DNA of 55,299 bases from a virus (IMGVR_UViG_3300027822_000016:1-55299), one strand, 5' to 3'; shown: positions 9,030-19,247, counted from the stretch's first letter. The notes: generated by a model from the letters alone, not told the origin. Made by a program: numbers and translations.

Positions 9030-10445
9030 TCAGGCTCTCGTCGCAAGCTTGACAAACGGGGACAACGTCGACGCACTTTTTCGAGGAGTGAGAGCAGTCG
9101 ACAGCCAGGGGCGGCCATCCACTCGCGATATCACCTTGAAATCGGTCTTGTCCGATGTGAAAGAAGAGTGCATGCTAGATGTAAACTGTATCGACTGCCG
9201 GTCACCCACCAGATAATACTTCAGGTCGACAAACATGATGTCCCCGGCTGTACCTAGCGTCTCCATTTTCTCACAGAAAAGAAGCGGACGGCCCAAAATA
9301 CTCATCGGCCGTGCCTCCTCCCCATTCTCCAGCCAAACAGCACTTCCACCTGTACCAACAGATTGCGCCATCGTCGCCAACTCGGGAAACGTATCCAGGT
9401 TCGCAATCCACACAGCATTATTCAACGACTGGGGAAGCATTCGGGAAAACATTTTCACCAAATTTTCCCACACAATGGTCGTCGCAGGCTGTCCCACCTC
9501 CGCAGCAACCTCCACCGCAGCAGAAGCATTCTTAAACCCCTGCGGACGAGACGTACCATTCCCGTCGATGAATGCAAGATCCTCAAAATACGCTTGCGCC
9601 ATTGGCATCGCGACCATAAACCAGCTCTCAAAAGCCGGACTATCAGCCATAAGCTCATTCGCCACAGACGAATTCAACATCAACTTTTTCGGCGAAAGCT
9701 CGATACCACGAAATGTCGCCGAAGTCGTCGCAGGGGCAGTAGCCTCATCCTGCCAGGTGGCAACAACACCACCGAAAACACTCTCGACATGCGAAGAACT
9801 CTCCACAGCAGGGATAATGACGTTCCCACCCTGCATGGTAATCGGGGTTGCACGCCCACGTACAATCGAGGCTTCCAGCGCAAGAGACATAATCTCTGCC
9901 CGGAGTGTCTCCGGAATGAGAATACCGCCCTCCGCAGGCAGTACCGTCCCGTAATCGTTGTTGTATTTCTGGCGTGCTGCCTCCGACTGGGCATGCAGCT
10001 CTTTGAGATTGAGTGGATCGACGACGTCACGTGCCCGCGAGGTCACCGCCATAAAATAGTCGTGAAGTGGACGTCTCAGACTGTCAAGTGGTGCGCCAGG
10101 AGCTTTTTTGTTCGGTAGATGAGCTTTTCTCCGTGTGTATATACGCCGTATATCATCCTCTTCCACCACGACAGACGCTTGCGTGGGAGGACGGTTTTCT
10201 GTGCTGTCGGGAAATTTTTTCAGCAGCTCTGTGAGAACGGCACCCATCTGAGCGTCGATCTGGTCATCGATGTGTGTCTGGTTTTCCGAGGCGAAATTTT
10301 TCAGATAGTTTTGCAGGAAAACGGGAAAGTTCCCCTTTTCGTACAGCTCGGAAAATTCTTTTGTGTTTTTTGGGTCCAGTAGGTTGGCAAGGTCCTCAGG
10401 CGTGTAGGCAGAAGTTTCGCCTGAGGATGTCATCGTCGCAGTCAT
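9030..10445 (-). CDS. Major capsid protein (HK97 fold)
   Basis: GGILIPE, ELMADS, EDLAFIDGNGTSRPQG, ILGRP, RVDGRP motifs. Confidence 0.95.
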   Translation of the reverse strand: MTATMTSSGETSAYTPEDLANLLDPKNTKEFSELYEKGNFPVFLQNYLKNFASENQTHIDDQIDAQMGAVLTELLKKFPDSTENRPPTQASVVVEEDDIRRIYTRRKAHLPNKKAPGAPLDSLRRPLHDYFMAVTSRARDVVDPLNLKELHAQSEAARQKYNNDYGTVLPAEGGILIPETLRAEIMSLALEASIVRGRATPITMQGGNVIIPAVESSSHVESVFGGVVATWQDEATAPATTSATFRGIELSPKKLMLNSSVANELMADSPAFESWFMVAMPMAQAYFEDLAFIDGNGTSRPQGFKNASAAVEVAAEVGQPATTIVWENLVKMFSRMLPQSLNNAVWIANLDTFPELATMAQSVGTGGSAVWLENGEEARPMSILGRPLLFCEKMETLGTAGDIMFVDLKYYLVGDRQSIQFTSSMHSSFTSDKTDFKVISRVDGRPWLSTALTPRKSASTLSPFVKLATRA

Positions 10446-11305
10446 GTGCGTGGAAACCTCTCTTTAAAACCGGCCAGAATATTTTGCATGCGCTCCGCAG
10501 AAAAACGATTCTGTGTCACAGGAGGCGTTGCAGTACCGGAACCGACGCCAGCAGGGACACCACGCCCAGAAACCAAAGCGGCAAAGTCATCTAAATCCAC
10601 CTCTGTATACAATTCTTCACTTTTTGTAAAATTAACATTCGGCTCAAGAACATCCGGAGCGGTCGCCCCACCACTGGTCGCACTCTCGTTGGACGCACCC
10701 TCATTGGACGTACCAAAATCGGCGACACTATCCGCAAGACCAACCTCAACCGCCTGCTCTGCGGTAAACATCGTGCCCAGATTTTTTTCGTTCGCAGTCA
10801 TAAATTCAAGCCACTTCTCCGCATCCCCCCCAGCCCGCAAGGCAAAAATCCCTGCGATGTTACGAGTCACCATCTCCACCGTATCCGCAATATCCCTAAG
10901 TGCCGAGGCAGTACCTGACGCATACGTATGCCCCTCATGCACAATCATCATACTGCCGGTATTCATAACAATCTCGTCACCCGCCATCGCAACCACTGCC
11001 CCGATGGACGCGGCCACCCCATCAACAATCACCCGCACTCTTGCAGCATGATTGCGCAAAGCATTGAATATCGCGACACCCTCGAAAACATCCCCACCCA
11101 GGGTGTTGATATGCAAATCAATCTTTGCCGTCCTGACATTTTCAAGCTCGCGCACAAAATCCTGTGCAGTCACATAAAAATAGCCAATGTCGTCCATGAT
11201 ATAGACAGACGTCGTGTCAGAATCCGCAGGGACACGATTCTGGAACCGGTACCAAGGCTGATTTGATGTCGGAAGAAGCCGCTGCACCCTCGTACTACCC
11301 ATCAC
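10442..11305 (-). CDS. ClpP-type prohead maturation protease
   Basis: HINTLGGDVFEG, DGVAASIG (Ser), MMIVH (His), FTAEQAVEVGLAD. Confidence 0.92.
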   Translation of the reverse strand: MMGSTRVQRLLPTSNQPWYRFQNRVPADSDTTSVYIMDDIGYFYVTAQDFVRELENVRTAKIDLHINTLGGDVFEGVAIFNALRNHAARVRVIVDGVAASIGAVVAMAGDEIVMNTGSMMIVHEGHTYASGTASALRDIADTVEMVTRNIAGIFALRAGGDAEKWLEFMTANEKNLGTMFTAEQAVEVGLADSVADFGTSNEGASNESATSGGATAPDVLEPNVNFTKSEELYTEVDLDDFAALVSGRGVPAGVGSGTATPPVTQNRFSAERMQNILAGFKERFPRT

Positions 11306-12410
11306 TTGCCTCTTCCTCTTCTTCGGTTTCTTTCACCGGCGAGTCGAAATCGAAATACAGACGCCGAAACCTGTCGGTACCTGCGAAACGGGGAAGAAAA
11401 CAGTTATTCAACCATTCCCGCAGGTCAACAAGAATGGGTTCTATCACCCATTTTGCAAAAACATACTCGGCAGTCTCAGCAGACGCCCTATTCACATTAT
11501 CCGTCTGCCCAAGCAAAATCTTCGGCACCCCGAACGTCTCCAAAACAGCATCACGCAAACCTGCACGTAACTCAGGAAACTGCATATTCCGAACATTTGT
11601 CTCACTCGGCCGCCACTTCCCCCCACTCGCGATGAATATACGGTGAGCGTTGTAGACACCTTTATGGGACTCTTCCAGCTGTTTGGTGATCTGGGCCATC
11701 TCATGATCCTCAAGCACCTGTTCGTACTCAAGTACTCCGCCAGGATTTGCAGAATTGATGAAGAAAAATCTCTGCCAATCAGACGCCAAAGCAGATGAAT
11801 GCAGCTCAGTGAAAAGCGATTTTACCGGGCCAATACCGGATATCGGGCTGGTCGGATCAATGTATCGCATGAAGTCGATATCCGATGCGTCATACATAAC
11901 TTGCCCGCCGCCACTGGGAGGGGTGTACCGGTAGCCTGTCGTCTCCCCGAGTTCGTCGGTGACAGGATCGGTCAGATCGGGGCGGAGGTTATAAATGTGC
12001 AGAGGGCGATTAAGAAAGCCCGGAGTGCCTGATTTTGCGACATAGATGTACGCCTTTCCTGTGAGATCTCTGTGTGCCTGCCAAGTGCGAAAAAACTCTG
12101 TGCGCGACGTCTCCGGATTCGGCTGCCGCAACACGACGAGAGCTGGATGATCTGTGATCTCCGTTGTGCTCCCACTCCCAATATTTCCACGGTACAGGCG
12201 GAATGTCGTTTTCGACACGGCATTCATCCGCAAGTTGATCGCGGCCCAGAGGGTGGAAACTTTTGAGAACATGTCCATTTGGGATCGGTCTGATCCGGCG
12301 AAAAAAGTCCCGATGCTGTTTGGTGGTGCTGTGATAGGCGCATTCGACGTGGAGGTGGTTTTTCGTCGGTTGAAAATTTGCCGTATATCACCAATCGTGG
12401 ATCTGGGCAT
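11295..12410 (-). CDS. Portal protein (HK97 family)
   Basis: HPALVVLRQPNP, LTGKAY, GIGPV, FFINSANPGG, FGVPKILLG; likely start MPRST at 12410. Confidence 0.93.
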   Translation of the reverse strand: MPRSTIGDIRQIFNRRKTTSTSNAPITAPPNSIGTFFAGSDRSQMDMFSKVSTLWAAINLRMNAVSKTTFRLYRGNIGSGSTTEITDHPALVVLRQPNPETSRTEFFRTWQAHRDLTGKAYIYVAKSGTPGFLNRPLHIYNLRPDLTDPVTDELGETTGYRYTPPSGGGQVMYDASDIDFMRYIDPTSPISGIGPVKSLFTELHSSALASDWQRFFFINSANPGGVLEYEQVLEDHEMAQITKQLEESHKGVYNAHRIFIASGGKWRPSETNVRNMQFPELRAGLRDAVLETFGVPKILLGQTDNVNRASAETAEYVFAKWVIEPILVDLREWLNNCFLPRFAGTDRFRRLYFDFDSPVKETEEEEEASDG

Positions 12411-12418
12411 GCAAAAAC

Positions 12419-12568
12419 TTATTCTTCCCTGTTCGAGACGCACCACTCAATATAGAGCAAAAAACAGCCCATCGTGAAATAGGCATACTGTATCCCATAG
12501 TGGTAAGCGAACAAAACAAAACATATCGCAGCAGCAATGGGAAAAATAGTCTGCAGACGCACACTCAC
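12419..12568 (-). CDS. Small membrane protein (49 aa) between terminase and portal
   Basis: Manual translation VSVRLQTIFPIAAAICFVLFAYHYGIQYAYFTMGCFLLYIEWCVSNREE; GTGA overlap with the terminase stop. Confidence 0.6.
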   Translation of the reverse strand: MSVRLQTIFPIAAAICFVLFAYHYGIQYAYFTMGCFLLYIEWCVSNREE

Positions 12569-13875
12569 ACCTCAACAGACAAAAACGATGGAGATTTCCG
12601 CAAATCCAGATGGGCAATCATATACCGAATACAGTCCACACCATGATCATTCACCTTCGTCGGCTGGTCAATCCCCGATTCTGTCTTCCGAGCCGACCAC
12701 ACATAACCCGCGATCTCCTCAACAGTCGAACACGGCTTCCCCGTATTGCGTAGTCGCAAATCACGCTCCAACAAGCTGTCGGAAAAAAAACATAGCCGTG
12801 GTTTTTTATCTTCCGGAATGCAAAATCTCGACTGTACCGCCTCTATACCACGCAATACATCTTTTCGTGCAGGTTTTATACTACGCCGCAAATATTTTTC
12901 CAGGGTTGCTCGTCCTTCCGCGTCGTGGTCTGCCAAAACAGCCTCAGGTATCACCCCATCAATATCAATGTGCTCCTGTATCTGCTTTGCATGGTCCTCC
13001 ACAAGACGTTTCGTACGATAAATCTCCCTATACATATATGCACGCCCCTCAGTATCAATCGCCCACCACTGGCACACAAACGGATTTGTGAACCCAAAAT
13101 CGATCGTCAAATACCGAAGCCAATCAGACGGAATAACAAACGGCTTAATAACATGCACACGCTCATGAAACCCAACAAAAATCGTCCCCTCCTCAGAAAC
13201 CCACCTACCCTCATACAACCTCTCACGACGCACCCCAGTGAGCGCACGCAAATGAGACAGATACGCCTCCCCCTTCGCCGTCCAGTCAGACTTTCCACTA
13301 TCCCAAAAAAGCGGATTATCCTGGTGTTTCGAGTGGAAAAGCGTCGTTTTCCCCTCATTGCACCGCTGTTTTATCCAATGGTGCTCGCTGGAGGGATTTG
13401 AGTCGGCAATGATCTGTTGATAAGAGATCCGCCCATTCCTCAGCCGTGAAACAAGCGTCTCCCAGTCAACAAGCGCAAGTTCCGTTGCCTCCTGCACATA
13501 AATCATGTCATATTCAGTACTGAGTACTCTGTCCGCATTGTTCATCCCGCCCAGCATGACGGATGACCCATTCGCGAATCGGTACTGTGGTGGCTCGACT
13601 GCAGAACCGCCATAGTAATTCAGCAGCCCGCACTTCACAGCAGGAGGTATCACATGTTTTCGCCACGTCACCAGCGCACTTGACGAAAGAGACGCTTGTA
13701 CTTTTCGCACGATAAGAAATCGTGCGCCATCGTTTGCAAAAGCACTTGCGTACAATTTCATTAGGCAGGCGTACGATTTTCCCGTCCCTGCAGGACCAGC
13801 AATCAATACTTCGGGGTCCCTGCAGCCGAAAAGCTTTTTTGCCGCACCCCAGGGTATGTAAGTTTGTTGCACCAC
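12565..13875 (-). CDS. terL: Terminase large subunit
   Basis: Walker A GPAGTGKS, Walker B YVQEATE, DSNP, nuclease motifs IDFG and DHGVDCIRY. Confidence 0.95.
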   Translation of the reverse strand: MVQQTYIPWGAAKKLFGCRDPEVLIAGPAGTGKSYACLMKLYASAFANDGARFLIVRKVQASLSSSALVTWRKHVIPPAVKCGLLNYYGGSAVEPPQYRFANGSSVMLGGMNNADRVLSTEYDMIYVQEATELALVDWETLVSRLRNGRISYQQIIADSNPSSEHHWIKQRCNEGKTTLFHSKHQDNPLFWDSGKSDWTAKGEAYLSHLRALTGVRRERLYEGRWVSEEGTIFVGFHERVHVIKPFVIPSDWLRYLTIDFGFTNPFVCQWWAIDTEGRAYMYREIYRTKRLVEDHAKQIQEHIDIDGVIPEAVLADHDAEGRATLEKYLRRSIKPARKDVLRGIEAVQSRFCIPEDKKPRLCFFSDSLLERDLRLRNTGKPCSTVEEIAGYVWSARKTESGIDQPTKVNDHGVDCIRYMIAHLDLRKSPSFLSVEV

Positions 13876-13884
13876 CGTGAAAAC

Positions 13885-14346
13885 TTACTGCAAATTAGTT
13901 GGGTCAATCCCACTGACCGAAACATGCAGACGGTCGTCCCCTCCCTGGCCGGGAACCTTTGCGTCCGACAGTTCTTCTCGGATGGTGCGTAGAACGTCCA
14001 AGGTCATGCCGAATACAGATGTACGTAGTGTCCCGTCGGTGTTGTAATAGTTTCTGCTACTTGACAGTGGGGCCAACATTTTCTGGTATATGAGCATTCT
14101 GCACGCCCGGTTTGCCCCCCAAAACACTGCTTCCAAATTATGTCCGTCTGCATCGCCCCGTATGAGTTCTTCTTGGGCGGCGATGATGAATGCTTTATTT
14201 TCGCCGTAGAACGCGAGGAGTGTTGTGGAGTCGGTGTGGTACCGCTCCTCAAGTTTTTCAATTTCTTTGATGTCTGCTGTGTCGGATTTTGCCATGTCGA
14301 AAATGAGTTGCATGGCGCGTTTTTCCGGGATGTTGTTTGTGTTCAT
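13885..14346 (-). CDS. Putative terminase small subunit
   Basis: 153 aa helical protein directly upstream of terL; call is positional. Confidence 0.5.
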   Translation of the reverse strand: MNTNNIPEKRAMQLIFDMAKSDTADIKEIEKLEERYHTDSTTLLAFYGENKAFIIAAQEELIRGDADGHNLEAVFWGANRACRMLIYQKMLAPLSSSRNYYNTDGTLRTSVFGMTLDVLRTIREELSDAKVPGQGGDDRLHVSVSGIDPTNLQ

Positions 14347-14449
14347 GGTGGGTCCATTTCTGGATGGGTGGGTGTTGTCGGCGCAGACGGCTTGTTTACT
14401 ACTTTACTCTACACTGTACACACATTTTTCCTGTGCTTGTCGATATCAC

Positions 14450-15005
14450 TCTGCGTGACGGACATATGTGGTCGAACGGTGTAAAAAGCTTACCTGCGTA
14501 CCTCAAAATACGATGACGATTATGAAAATATTCCGTCATTTTCTGTCATTTCTTGACAACTTGTCACCCTTTTCTGAGGGCAATCTGAGAGATATACTGT
14601 GTGTGCTAAAATAACGGTACTATTCTATTAGCACAGGAATGGAAAGAATAAAACGAGCATAACGTGCAAAACATTACGAAACACTCGAAAAAAGGTGACA
14701 AATGACAACTTTGCAAATGAACACATACATATTGTCACGGAAGTTGTCACTCCCAGGAAAAGATGTACGTCAGTAGAAATATGCTCTCCTAGCTGGGCAA
14801 ATACACGACACCTCCCCCAGGAAATAGGTACCTCTCTTTACAATGACTAAATGACAACTTTTCTAGTAAAAGTTTAGGGTAGAGAGAATAGAGTATAGTA
14901 GATAGGAGTGTACTATAGTAAATGGGTAAAGATAGGGTAGTATGAGGGGAATGAGAAATAACCCTATAGTGAAAAGGTTTTACCCAGAGAAAAGTCTGTC
15001 ACCAC
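14450..15005. other. Putative replication origin/divergent control region
   Basis: ORF-free and AT-rich; about 14 TGAC/GTCA motifs in both orientations, AAATGACAACTTT at 14700 and 14849; adjacent to the primase-helicase gene. Confidence 0.55.
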
Positions 15006-15169
15006 CTACCTCAGACATACAGATACCCACAAAGAGCGAGAAACCACATCCCTGGCAAACAGAACCCTCGACACGATAGAAAGAGAGACCAACACCGGCA
15101 CAGAATCACATTATGGCCGAGTCAGAAAAACTGTGATCCTGTCCATAAATTTCTTCCAAATATGTTAGA

Positions 15170-17818
15170 GTGAGTCCTCTACATGTTTGCAACCAAAAAT
15201 GTGGGTACACAATGGCGAAATTTGCCCCTACAAAAGGGCACACAACCCCATCCCTGGAACTGCACTCTCTCACAAAAACCAACACAAAATGCACACTCAA
15301 CCCGAAAGACCTCCTGTACCTCTCCGCAACATACGCGGAAAAAATGCTCCAACAACCCAACGGAAAATCGGCAGGAAGACTCAACCTCATCCACCGACCG
15401 GGAAACCCCTGGGCAGACAGCAAGGACACAAAAAGGAGCATCTGCCTCTTTTGTGGAGAAGTCGGCTGCAAACACCCCTACCGCTCCTGGAAAGATTTTT
15501 CCTGGGGTTCAGCAGCTCAACTCCTCGATGAAGTATCCAGATTGTCGTCTGCCGCACTGATCCCAGACCCCTGGATCACCCTGCAAATAGCCATACGGTT
15601 GGACGGACTGACTGTTCTGGACTGCGACCCACGACACAATGGGCCAGCCACACCAGAGGAAGCATGGGCATGGCTGGAGGACCTAGGGGTGTCTCTCCCC
15701 AACTCAGCAAGAGATACTCTTATTGTGCGTACAGGAGGTGGTGGCCTGCACATCTATTTTTCCGGAGCCACAAATTTTACCTGGGGGGACAGAAAGAGGA
15801 ATGAGGCGGTTTCGGTATTGTCCGGTGGTGGGAGACAGGCGACAGCTCCATTTTCGTACCACAGTGCCGGGGCGTTCTACCTCCCGGTCAACTGGGAGGG
15901 TATTCCGCTGCTCTCACCGAACGACCTTTTGCAAGTGGCAGGCAAAATACAGCCTTTCCCGGAAGAGGCGTTCAGGAGTTATACATGTCCGTCAAGAAGA
16001 GACGTCCAGCAGGAATCGTCTCTCACACCTACCGCGAGTATCCCAGGGAGATTTTCACCTCCGCCAACTACTCCTACCTCAGTGTTGATTGATGGGGTGG
16101 AGATTCCGGGCGACTGGGCGGAACGTTCACGGACATTGACAGACGGCAGGAATAATTTTCTCACACGGGCAAAATTTGCCTTTGTCGTGAATTACAGACG
16201 GGATGACAAAGAGGCGAATCGTCTTATCCGTGTACTGAATGGTACGTTTCCTGATCCTCTGGAGGAAAAAGAATTACTGGAGTCTGTTTTACGGCCGATT
16301 CCGGCAGAGAAAATTGATCCAGCACAAAAAAAAATCTCCGGAGCACCTGAAATTTCTCTTGGGGATCTTCTTCGCCCGAGCATGGATGACGCCGGAAATG
16401 CTGAACGGTGGATTTTGGTCTCTCCCGACCATCTCTATGTCCCGTCCTGGGGATGGGTGTGCTGGAATGGAGGGGTTTGGGAGCGTTTGCCGATTGATCA
16501 GCCTCCTACCAGGGAGTACACACAGCGTGTTGCACGGTCCATGCAGACTATTGCAAGGGAGATGGTCGAGCACACACAAGGAGACGATGACGGGAGATCA
16601 GAGGCACTACAAAAATACGCATCCGGCCTTGGAATGGAAAAATCCATCCTCAAAGCCCTGAATCTCGCACGAGTCAGACCAAGAGGAGAAACAAAATACC
16701 CCTCGGATTTTGACAACGAGCACACCGCAGAAATCCTCAACACTCCAAACGAAATCGTCAACCTACGCACAGGGGAATCCTTGCCCCACAGTGCAGAGTA
16801 TTTGGTGACAAAACAGACAAGTGTGCCCAGAGAAGATGGCACCCCAACACTGTGGACGAATTGCCTGAACACATGGCAACCCGACAAAGAAGTACAACAT
16901 TTTTTGCAGATGCTGGTCGGTTCCGGCCTCACAGGAGTCCCCCTGGACAAATTCGTCATCAATTCGGGGGACGGGGCCAATGGAAAATCGGTTTTTTGGG
17001 GGGCCGTATCGCGAATCATGGGTAGTTACGCGGGGATTCTCCCAGAGGATCTCATCATCAAAAATCCTCATACAGACCGCGAGCGATGTGTTGTGGAGAT
17101 TTCCGGGGTCAGACTTGCTGTTGCCAGTGAGCTGGCAAATGCTGCACAGATGAACGAATCGATGGTCAAACTCCTCACGGGAGGTGAAAGGCTGAAAGCA
17201 CGCCAGTTGTACAGGGAGTCATTCGACGTGACTCCCACGGGAACAATGGTCCTCCATACAAATGCTGAGCCGACTGTGCAAGGGACAGATCATGGCATCT
17301 GGAGAAGAATTTTGTACGTTCTTTGGGATGTACAAATCCCGGAGGGGGGGCAGGATAAACACCTTCTGCAAAAACTTGTATCCGATGAAGGGGGCCGGAT
17401 TCTCTCCTGGGCAGTGGAGGGGGCAAAGATGTTTTTGGAGAATGGGAGTGAGCTTGTTGTCCCGTCTTGTATGGAGTTGGTGAAAAAGGACCGCCAGGGT
17501 GCGTTTGACACGACTGCAGATTTTTTTCAGGAGTATTGTGTATTCGACGATGATAGTTCTATCGGCAAAGGTGATCTGTACAAAAAATATACGGAAATAA
17601 TGCGGCGTAACTTGCCGATTGAGCCACTGGTATCAAAAATTGCTCTGGGGAAAAGGTTGGAAGCTTACGCCAAGGCGAATGATTTTTCTGTGCGCGACGT
17701 GAGAGACAAAAAGAAGCGTATGTGGCAGGGCGTCGGCATACAGGCACAGAATATGCAAACTGCTTCATCCCCTTGGCAGGAGCAAAACACAAATGCTGCT
17801 CCACGTCCTTGGCAGTAG
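15170..17818 (+). CDS. Bifunctional primase-polymerase fused to D5/P4-type SF3 helicase
   Basis: LTVLDCDPRHNG and VRTGGGGLHIYF (prim-pol); DAGNAER, GDGANGKS, KLLTGGE, DHGIWRR (D5-like helicase); start may be the ATG at 15212. Confidence 0.93.
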   Translation: MSPLHVCNQKCGYTMAKFAPTKGHTTPSLELHSLTKTNTKCTLNPKDLLYLSATYAEKMLQQPNGKSAGRLNLIHRPGNPWADSKDTKRSICLFCGEVGCKHPYRSWKDFSWGSAAQLLDEVSRLSSAALIPDPWITLQIAIRLDGLTVLDCDPRHNGPATPEEAWAWLEDLGVSLPNSARDTLIVRTGGGGLHIYFSGATNFTWGDRKRNEAVSVLSGGGRQATAPFSYHSAGAFYLPVNWEGIPLLSPNDLLQVAGKIQPFPEEAFRSYTCPSRRDVQQESSLTPTASIPGRFSPPPTTPTSVLIDGVEIPGDWAERSRTLTDGRNNFLTRAKFAFVVNYRRDDKEANRLIRVLNGTFPDPLEEKELLESVLRPIPAEKIDPAQKKISGAPEISLGDLLRPSMDDAGNAERWILVSPDHLYVPSWGWVCWNGGVWERLPIDQPPTREYTQRVARSMQTIAREMVEHTQGDDDGRSEALQKYASGLGMEKSILKALNLARVRPRGETKYPSDFDNEHTAEILNTPNEIVNLRTGESLPHSAEYLVTKQTSVPREDGTPTLWTNCLNTWQPDKEVQHFLQMLVGSGLTGVPLDKFVINSGDGANGKSVFWGAVSRIMGSYAGILPEDLIIKNPHTDRERCVVEISGVRLAVASELANAAQMNESMVKLLTGGERLKARQLYRESFDVTPTGTMVLHTNAEPTVQGTDHGIWRRILYVLWDVQIPEGGQDKHLLQKLVSDEGGRILSWAVEGAKMFLENGSELVVPSCMELVKKDRQGAFDTTADFFQEYCVFDDDSSIGKGDLYKKYTEIMRRNLPIEPLVSKIALGKRLEAYAKANDFSVRDVRDKKKRMWQGVGIQAQNMQTASSPWQEQNTNAAPRPWQ

Positions 17819-17835
17819 ACGATTTTGAACAGACG

Positions 17836-17875
17836 GGGCCGGACAGAAGGAAAAAACTGTCCGGCCCTGTATTTT
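17836..17875 (+). terminator. Intrinsic terminator after primase
   Basis: GGGCCGGACAG/CTGTCCGGCCC stem followed by TGTATTTT. Confidence 0.6.
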
Positions 17876-17961
17876 GGGCCAATCTCCCGCTTACGATAAA
17901 GACCCGCGATCAGCATACTCTATGCTCCTCCTGGAAAAGACCGCGATGCCGCAGGAGGAAC

Positions 17962-18765
17962 ATGGAGCCACCAGGAAATCCGAGTCCCGCAGTGATCACC
18001 GATGCGATGTGGAACTTTTGGCTAGGGCTGAAAAGTCTTGAGCCGAACAGTCTTCTGTCGGGTATTTATGCCGCGAAGCCTGGTTATCACAATACCAGGA
18101 GGGGGAATCGTCCGGGTGATTACAGTGTCCGGGATGCTGTTGACACGGAAGGTCCTGCAGACAAATCGGCAGCGATTGACTGGACTTTTCCGGATGCCCA
18201 GCGTGGGGATTATCGCACGATACGGATATATGGTGTGCGGGTGGAGAAGGCTTTTGAGACGGATGATCCTCGGATGTGGGCGGTGCGTGAGGCACTGGGG
18301 CAGAGTGATTCTGATGAGGTCGCGGAGGGGTACGATTTTCGCACCAGGAGGACGAGGACGCCGTCAAAGTCTCATGTGTGGCATTGGCATTTTTCGTTCA
18401 ACAGACGTGACGTGGAAGACCCCAAAGGGTACAAAGACTGTCTTTCTGTCCTGTCCGGGGAGTCTTTGGAGGAGTGGAAAAAGAAGAATTCTCCTGAAAC
18501 ACCCCTAGATGCCGTTTTAACGCTCGACACTCTACTAGGCGACAACTATGCCACTGGATACGAGTTACGTACTGTGGGGCACGTTTTGGCGGACCTTTCC
18601 AACCTGCGAGACGGCCTACTCCGAAAACCTCTGGAAAAAATGGACCACAACGGCGAACCCTTTTGGCCTGAAGAGTCCGTTATAGGACTACTTGTACGAT
18701 TCCTCCAACGGGAAATGCAGCCAGACTGCCAACCAAAAAGAAAAGGGAAGCCAGATGTGGAATAA
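17962..18765 (+). CDS. Putative endolysin (zinc peptidase-like)
   Basis: AGGAGG RBS before ATG 17962; GYH...AAID...SHVWHWH metal-ligand pattern; directly upstream of the holin. Confidence 0.6.
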   Translation: MEPPGNPSPAVITDAMWNFWLGLKSLEPNSLLSGIYAAKPGYHNTRRGNRPGDYSVRDAVDTEGPADKSAAIDWTFPDAQRGDYRTIRIYGVRVEKAFETDDPRMWAVREALGQSDSDEVAEGYDFRTRRTRTPSKSHVWHWHFSFNRRDVEDPKGYKDCLSVLSGESLEEWKKKNSPETPLDAVLTLDTLLGDNYATGYELRTVGHVLADLSNLRDGLLRKPLEKMDHNGEPFWPEESVIGLLVRFLQREMQPDCQPKRKGKPDVE

Positions 18766-18976
18766 AGCTTTTTTTATTGACCTCGCCGAACGAGTCGTTG
18801 CAACTGCAGCGCAAGCAGCTGTCGCGATCATCGGCACCTACACGTTACTCAGCGATATCGACTGGGCGATCGTCCTCGGCACTACAGGGATCGCCGCGCT
18901 CACTGCCCTGCTGAAGGGATTCGTCGGTCTGCAGACAGGTGATCGCCGAAGTGCAGGAATTTTCGTCCGTAGATAG
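18755..18976 (+). CDS. Holin (r1t-like)
   Basis: MWNKAFFIDLAERVVATAAQA...DIDW; two hydrophobic segments; 73 aa. Confidence 0.85.
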   Translation: MWNKAFFIDLAERVVATAAQAAVAIIGTYTLLSDIDWAIVLGTTGIAALTALLKGFVGLQTGDRRSAGIFVRR

Positions 18977-18980
18977 GAAA

Positions 18981-19019
18981 GCAAAAGCCGGGTAGCACTA
19001 GAGTCTACCCGGCTTTTGC
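18981..19019. terminator. Bidirectional terminator-like hairpin
   Basis: 15-bp perfect stem GCAAAAGCCGGGTAG/CTACCCGGCTTTTGC right after the holin stop. Confidence 0.8.
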
Positions 19020-19210
19020 GGTGAGGGACGTGTGGGTGGCATTGCGTACTCTCGTCCTGGGGGGAAAATCGGAAAGAGCACTATCCCTCGCACGTAGTTC
19101 TCGCGCCACACGGGCCGCAAGTCACAACCACTCTCTCATCCCATAGGGCCGGGAGAACTACGATAGCCAATAGCGGGCAACTCGTACTGCCCGCTATTGG
19201 CTATGGCTGT

Positions 19211-19247
19211 AAAAAAGAACCACTGCTACAAATATAGCAGTGGTTCT
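19211..19247 (-). terminator. Intrinsic terminator for the minus-strand operon
   Basis: AGAACCACTGCTA/TAGCAGTGGTTCT stem with T-tract on the minus strand. Confidence 0.75.

Noticed and set aside
9235-10118. Long plus-strand ORFs opposite capsid, tape measure and other genes
   Set aside because: Antisense shadows of well-supported minus-strand genes, with no motifs or RBS
17722-17961. N-terminal 80 aa of the 347-aa ORF
   Set aside because: Overlaps the primase end and a terminator; a strong RBS supports the ATG at 17962
19021-19162. tRNA gene
   Set aside because: No T-loop GTTCRA or cloverleaf spacing on either strand; no tRNA recognised elsewhere by eye
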